Part shown: piece by piece, positions 60,567-64,000 of the stretch | Position numbering within the stretch: the stretch's first letter is position 1 | Layout of the letters: each line of letters starts with the position of its first letter | From: Lepidodermella squamata | Lineage: Eukaryota > Animalia > Gastrotricha | Direction: 5' to 3' | DNA: 64,000 bases | Assembly (NCBI GenBank): GCA_047495785.1 | Contig: JBLDXI010000033.1 | Span: 1,798,001 to 1,862,000, forward strand | Position numbers and translations under genes: made by a program | Notes under the pieces: generated by a model | The model's input: the letters and a program-made list of their open reading frames with translations, nothing else | The model's database searches: none | What the model was told of the DNA's origin: nothing

Positions 60567-61411
60567 TTTAAAAAGCGATTGGTAAAGAGAAAAAGAAAAG
60601 GCTGTTCGTTAAAATAGCATATACAGCGAACACAGAAAGGAAGAATTAGTCTGAAGCCAATAGGCTATGTGTTTGCTCGAACACTTCGACTATTCTTCAC
60701 TAAAACGAGCAGCTGTTTAGCTTCTTGAAATCGCTTGTCGATGAGTCCTTCACCTCTCAAAGCAGCTTGCACGGTAACAACAAATCGGATACAGGAAAGG
60801 TAAATCAGCGCACCTGAGCCAAAAAATCGAACGCCCAAAACGTAACTCTCCTCCCAACAACTTTTTCGTCACGCGACATGCAAAAATAACGAGACAAATT
60901 GTTGTCTTTGACAAGTAAAGTACGTAAATACAAAATATAATAGAAATGTTCGATATATTTAATTTTATAAAAATTTAATTTTAAAATATTTGAATTTCGC
61001 GCGCTAACTTTCCGCTTGAAATGGGTCCCTTTCTCCCAGAAAAGTTGTTTGCGGCCTCCCACACACTAATAAGGACCCTTTGCGTTGCTTTAGTTTTTAA
61101 ATGTTTCCTGCTTGGCGCTATGCGCTAGTTTCAAATCTGCTCCTGAACACGTTTTTAAATTCGCTTTATTCTCCCATTTATTCGCCTCCTCCAATTGGAA
61201 ATGGCATTTATTCAGGTCACTCAATTTCTCGTCTGTTGTTCACGTGTCGTAAGTTGGCAGCATATTGTAACTAATTGCGCTGTTATTTTACGTGGACGTC
61301 CTTCTCTGTTTAGATTATGACATTCTTTTTGAATCGCTAACATTTATGAATTTGTTCTTAGTAGGTTGATGTTTTGGAAAAGGCTTAGCAGTATTAGATT
61401 AATCCGAATTA

Positions 61412-62919
61412 ATGGAGTCCACTCAGCCAACTGTTTATGAAGTTGCATCGACATCTTCCGAGCCACGCCCTCTCTATGTGAGAAGATGGTTTATAGTATT
61501 ATCTATTGCATTGTTGAACATGAGCAATGCAATAACATGGAATTCATTTGCCACAATTGCTGCTTCAACAAAAGATTTCTATCAGATTGATTTCGATCAG
61601 GTCAACCTGCTTTCAATCGCATACATGGTCATATCAATCCCAGTTGGCTTTTTTGCTATTTGGTCCCTCGACTGGTTAGGAATCAGAATAAGTGTTACAG
61701 CTGCAGCCGTGTTGAATGCAATTGGACCAGTTCTGCGGTTGTTAAGTACATTTGATTTTGTCCAGAAAGAAGACCAGTTTGCGGTGCTCATGACCGGCCA
61801 ATGCATTGCAGCTGCAAGTCAGGCTTTCATAATGTTCTGTCCGCCTAAATTAGCACAGGTTTTAAGACTAAATAAACCATTACCATTTCGTGACTTTTAT
61901 TCATTTAGTATTGGTTTCCCGACAATCAAAGAGCAGCAGCGAACACGCTGGGAAGTATGGCGAATCCTCTTGGAATTCTTCTGGCGGCTGTCCTGAGCCC
62001 TGTTATTTTGAAAGCCTCTGACATGCAAACTTTGATGATTGCCTATACTGTGCCAGCTGCTGTTGCATTGTTGGTCACTTTAGTTTCATTGACAAGTTCG
62101 AAACCACCCATCCCACCATCAGAAAGTGCCGAGCAGGAATCCGAACCGTTTGTTCAAGGTTTCAAAGCCGTTGTTCGTAACAAACAGTTTTTACTTCTGA
62201 TGGTTTGTTTCGGGACTGGAATGGCTATTTTCACTGCATTGACAGCATTAATTCTCCAAATTCTGTGCCCTAGTGGATATGACGAGAATTTTGCCGGTAT
62301 TGTGACGGGAGTCATGGTCGGGTCAGGTTTAGTTGGTGCTGCAATCACTGGCGTGCTAGCTGATATTACGAAAAAGTTTGCCGAAGTGGCTAAAATCTCT
62401 CTCAGTCTAGCAGGAATTTTCTTCTGCCTCTTTACTGTTGTTAACGTTTTCCCGCAAGAATACGTATTGGTTGCAATTGTAGTTGGCCTATTCGGATTTT
62501 TCGGTTTCGGCCAATATGCAATTTGTTTGGAAATGGCAGTAGAAACTACGTTTCCCGTCGCCGAAGCTACGGCGACTGGCCTTCTCGTAATATGTGGCCA
62601 AGTTCAGTCAGCTATTGTTGTGCTAGTAATGCAGCCTCTTGGTATTCAGACCGAGGACAGGTTCGGTACCTGCTCGGCAAACGCCCTTCAAGGCTCATCC
62701 GTTCTCAGCTATATTTATGGAAATATGCTACTTGCTATCATGGCCACCGCGGCAGGTGTTTCACTCATTTGCTTCTACGATTGCCCGTACAAGAGATTAG
62801 CTTTTGAAAAGAATAAATCGAAAAAGGCAGAATCCCACGTGAATCCACTCCCTTCTCCAGCTGACGCTGCCTACGATGATGCTTATGCCTACGCCAAAGC
62901 CAATCCAATTGTTGAGTAA
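61412..62919 (+). CDS. SLC49A3: MFS transporter, SLC49A3/MFSD7 (FLVCR family)
   Basis: LYVRRWFIV, NMSNAITW, MTGQCIAA, P.KLAQ|YWFPDNQRAAANTLGSMANPLG, PPIPPSESA, QILCPSGY, EMAVETTFPVAE; intron at about 61858-61908. Confidence 0.88.
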
Positions 62920-63080
62920 TTATCAGCCGGTTCAATGTTAATTTATAACAAATCATTCTTAATTGATTTTTAAACTTGCATTTTAATTGTTTTCTCTAAC
63001 TATTTTACCGCGCTTGCTCATGATTACTTTTGAAAATGAAACAGACTATTTTTAATTAATAATTTGTCTTTATAGAAGTT

Positions 63081-63589
63081 ATGATAACTTGGCTGAGTGT
63101 TATATTTACTGCCTTTGCATGTGTCTATGCGAAGCAAAGCGTTGAGGAATTTCTGTCGAGTGGCGACCACACAAATAATTGGGCGGTAATTGTCGATACC
63201 AGTCGATTTTGGTTTAATTACCGCCACGAGGCGAATGCCCTCTCAATTTACCGCTCAGTAAAACGACTCGGCATTCCCGATAGTCACATTATCCTCATGT
63301 TGGCGGATGACATGGCGTGTGATCCTCGTAACTCTCGACCGGCTGCAATTTTCAACAACGCCCGGCAACAAATCGACGTTTATGGCTTGGATGTCGAGGT
63401 AGATTACCGCGGATATGAAGTTACTGCTGAAAATTTCGTTCGAGTCCTCACCGGCCGGCTTGCTCACGAAACTCCGCGTTCTAAACGCCTGTTATCTGAT
63501 GATTCTAGCAACGTTTTACTTTACATGACTGGCCATGGTGGTAATGGATTCATCAAATTTCAAGATTCTGAGGAAATCAGCTCGGACGA
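63081..63589 (+). CDS. PIGK: GPI transamidase catalytic subunit GPI8, first exon; gene continues past the right edge
   Basis: [73 protein letters not shown]; GT donor at about 63590. Confidence 0.97.
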
Positions 63590-64000
63590 GTAAGTTTCAG
63601 TCGGTATTACTTGATGTTTTTAGTTTTTAATATCATTACATTAATTTGGGCGCCAGGAGATATTCCCAGAACGAATTATTTAAAGCAGGTTAAATTTAGG
63701 TTGCGACTTTCCGGACTGGACCACAAATGATAAAATTGTGGATAAGTGGGTATCAAGTCAAGTTATAACAATTACATTGAGTGGGCGAAGATAAGGCGGA
63801 TGTTCCAGGCGCAGGCATAATATCAGTTTTCTCGTAGACTACTTTTTTCATGATATTAAAATGGGTACAAAGGGCTGAACTCGTCAACTCAAAATGTTAC
63901 AGAAGTTTCAGGGCCTTTGAAGGATAAATTAAAAGATCATTTTTTTGTTCCTGGTGAAGACAGAAAAACTGCTCATATTACGGTATGAGCAAAGCTACGC

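Overview
Gene-dense eukaryotic DNA from a compact animal genome: most introns are 50-60 nt GT-AG, motile-cilia genes are present, and the selenocysteine machinery is intact. The taxon cannot be fixed from sequence alone. Recognisable conserved genes are ZPR1, TMEM8/PGAP6, a PKG-derived kinase with a degenerate active site, TK2/dNK, TBC1D13, C1GALT1, CFAP92, RPL26, SEPHS2 (in-frame UGA plus SECIS), BTBD19, CFAP58, LRRC34, a small HSP, ELAV, CAAP1, SLC49A3/MFSD7 and PIGK. The window also holds several orphan secreted proteins, 3 tRNAs, 2 U2 and 2 U1 snRNA genes, two foldback/MITE elements, and Penelope, LINE and Crypton remnants. The most notable observations are: (1) a structurally conserved U2 snRNA gene interrupted by an intron-sized GT...AG insert immediately 5' of the branch-point recognition sequence; (2) all four spliceosomal snRNA genes lie about 100-150 nt downstream of a co-oriented tRNA or tRNA remnant and share a 3' box; (3) U1 variants lacking a canonical Sm site; (4) operon-like gene packing with unpaired splice acceptors, suggesting SL trans-splicing; (5) a duplicated, highly cationic secreted protein, an sHSP with an unusual GAExG-repeat domain, and a cNMP-binding pseudokinase. 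All gene models were assembled by eye.
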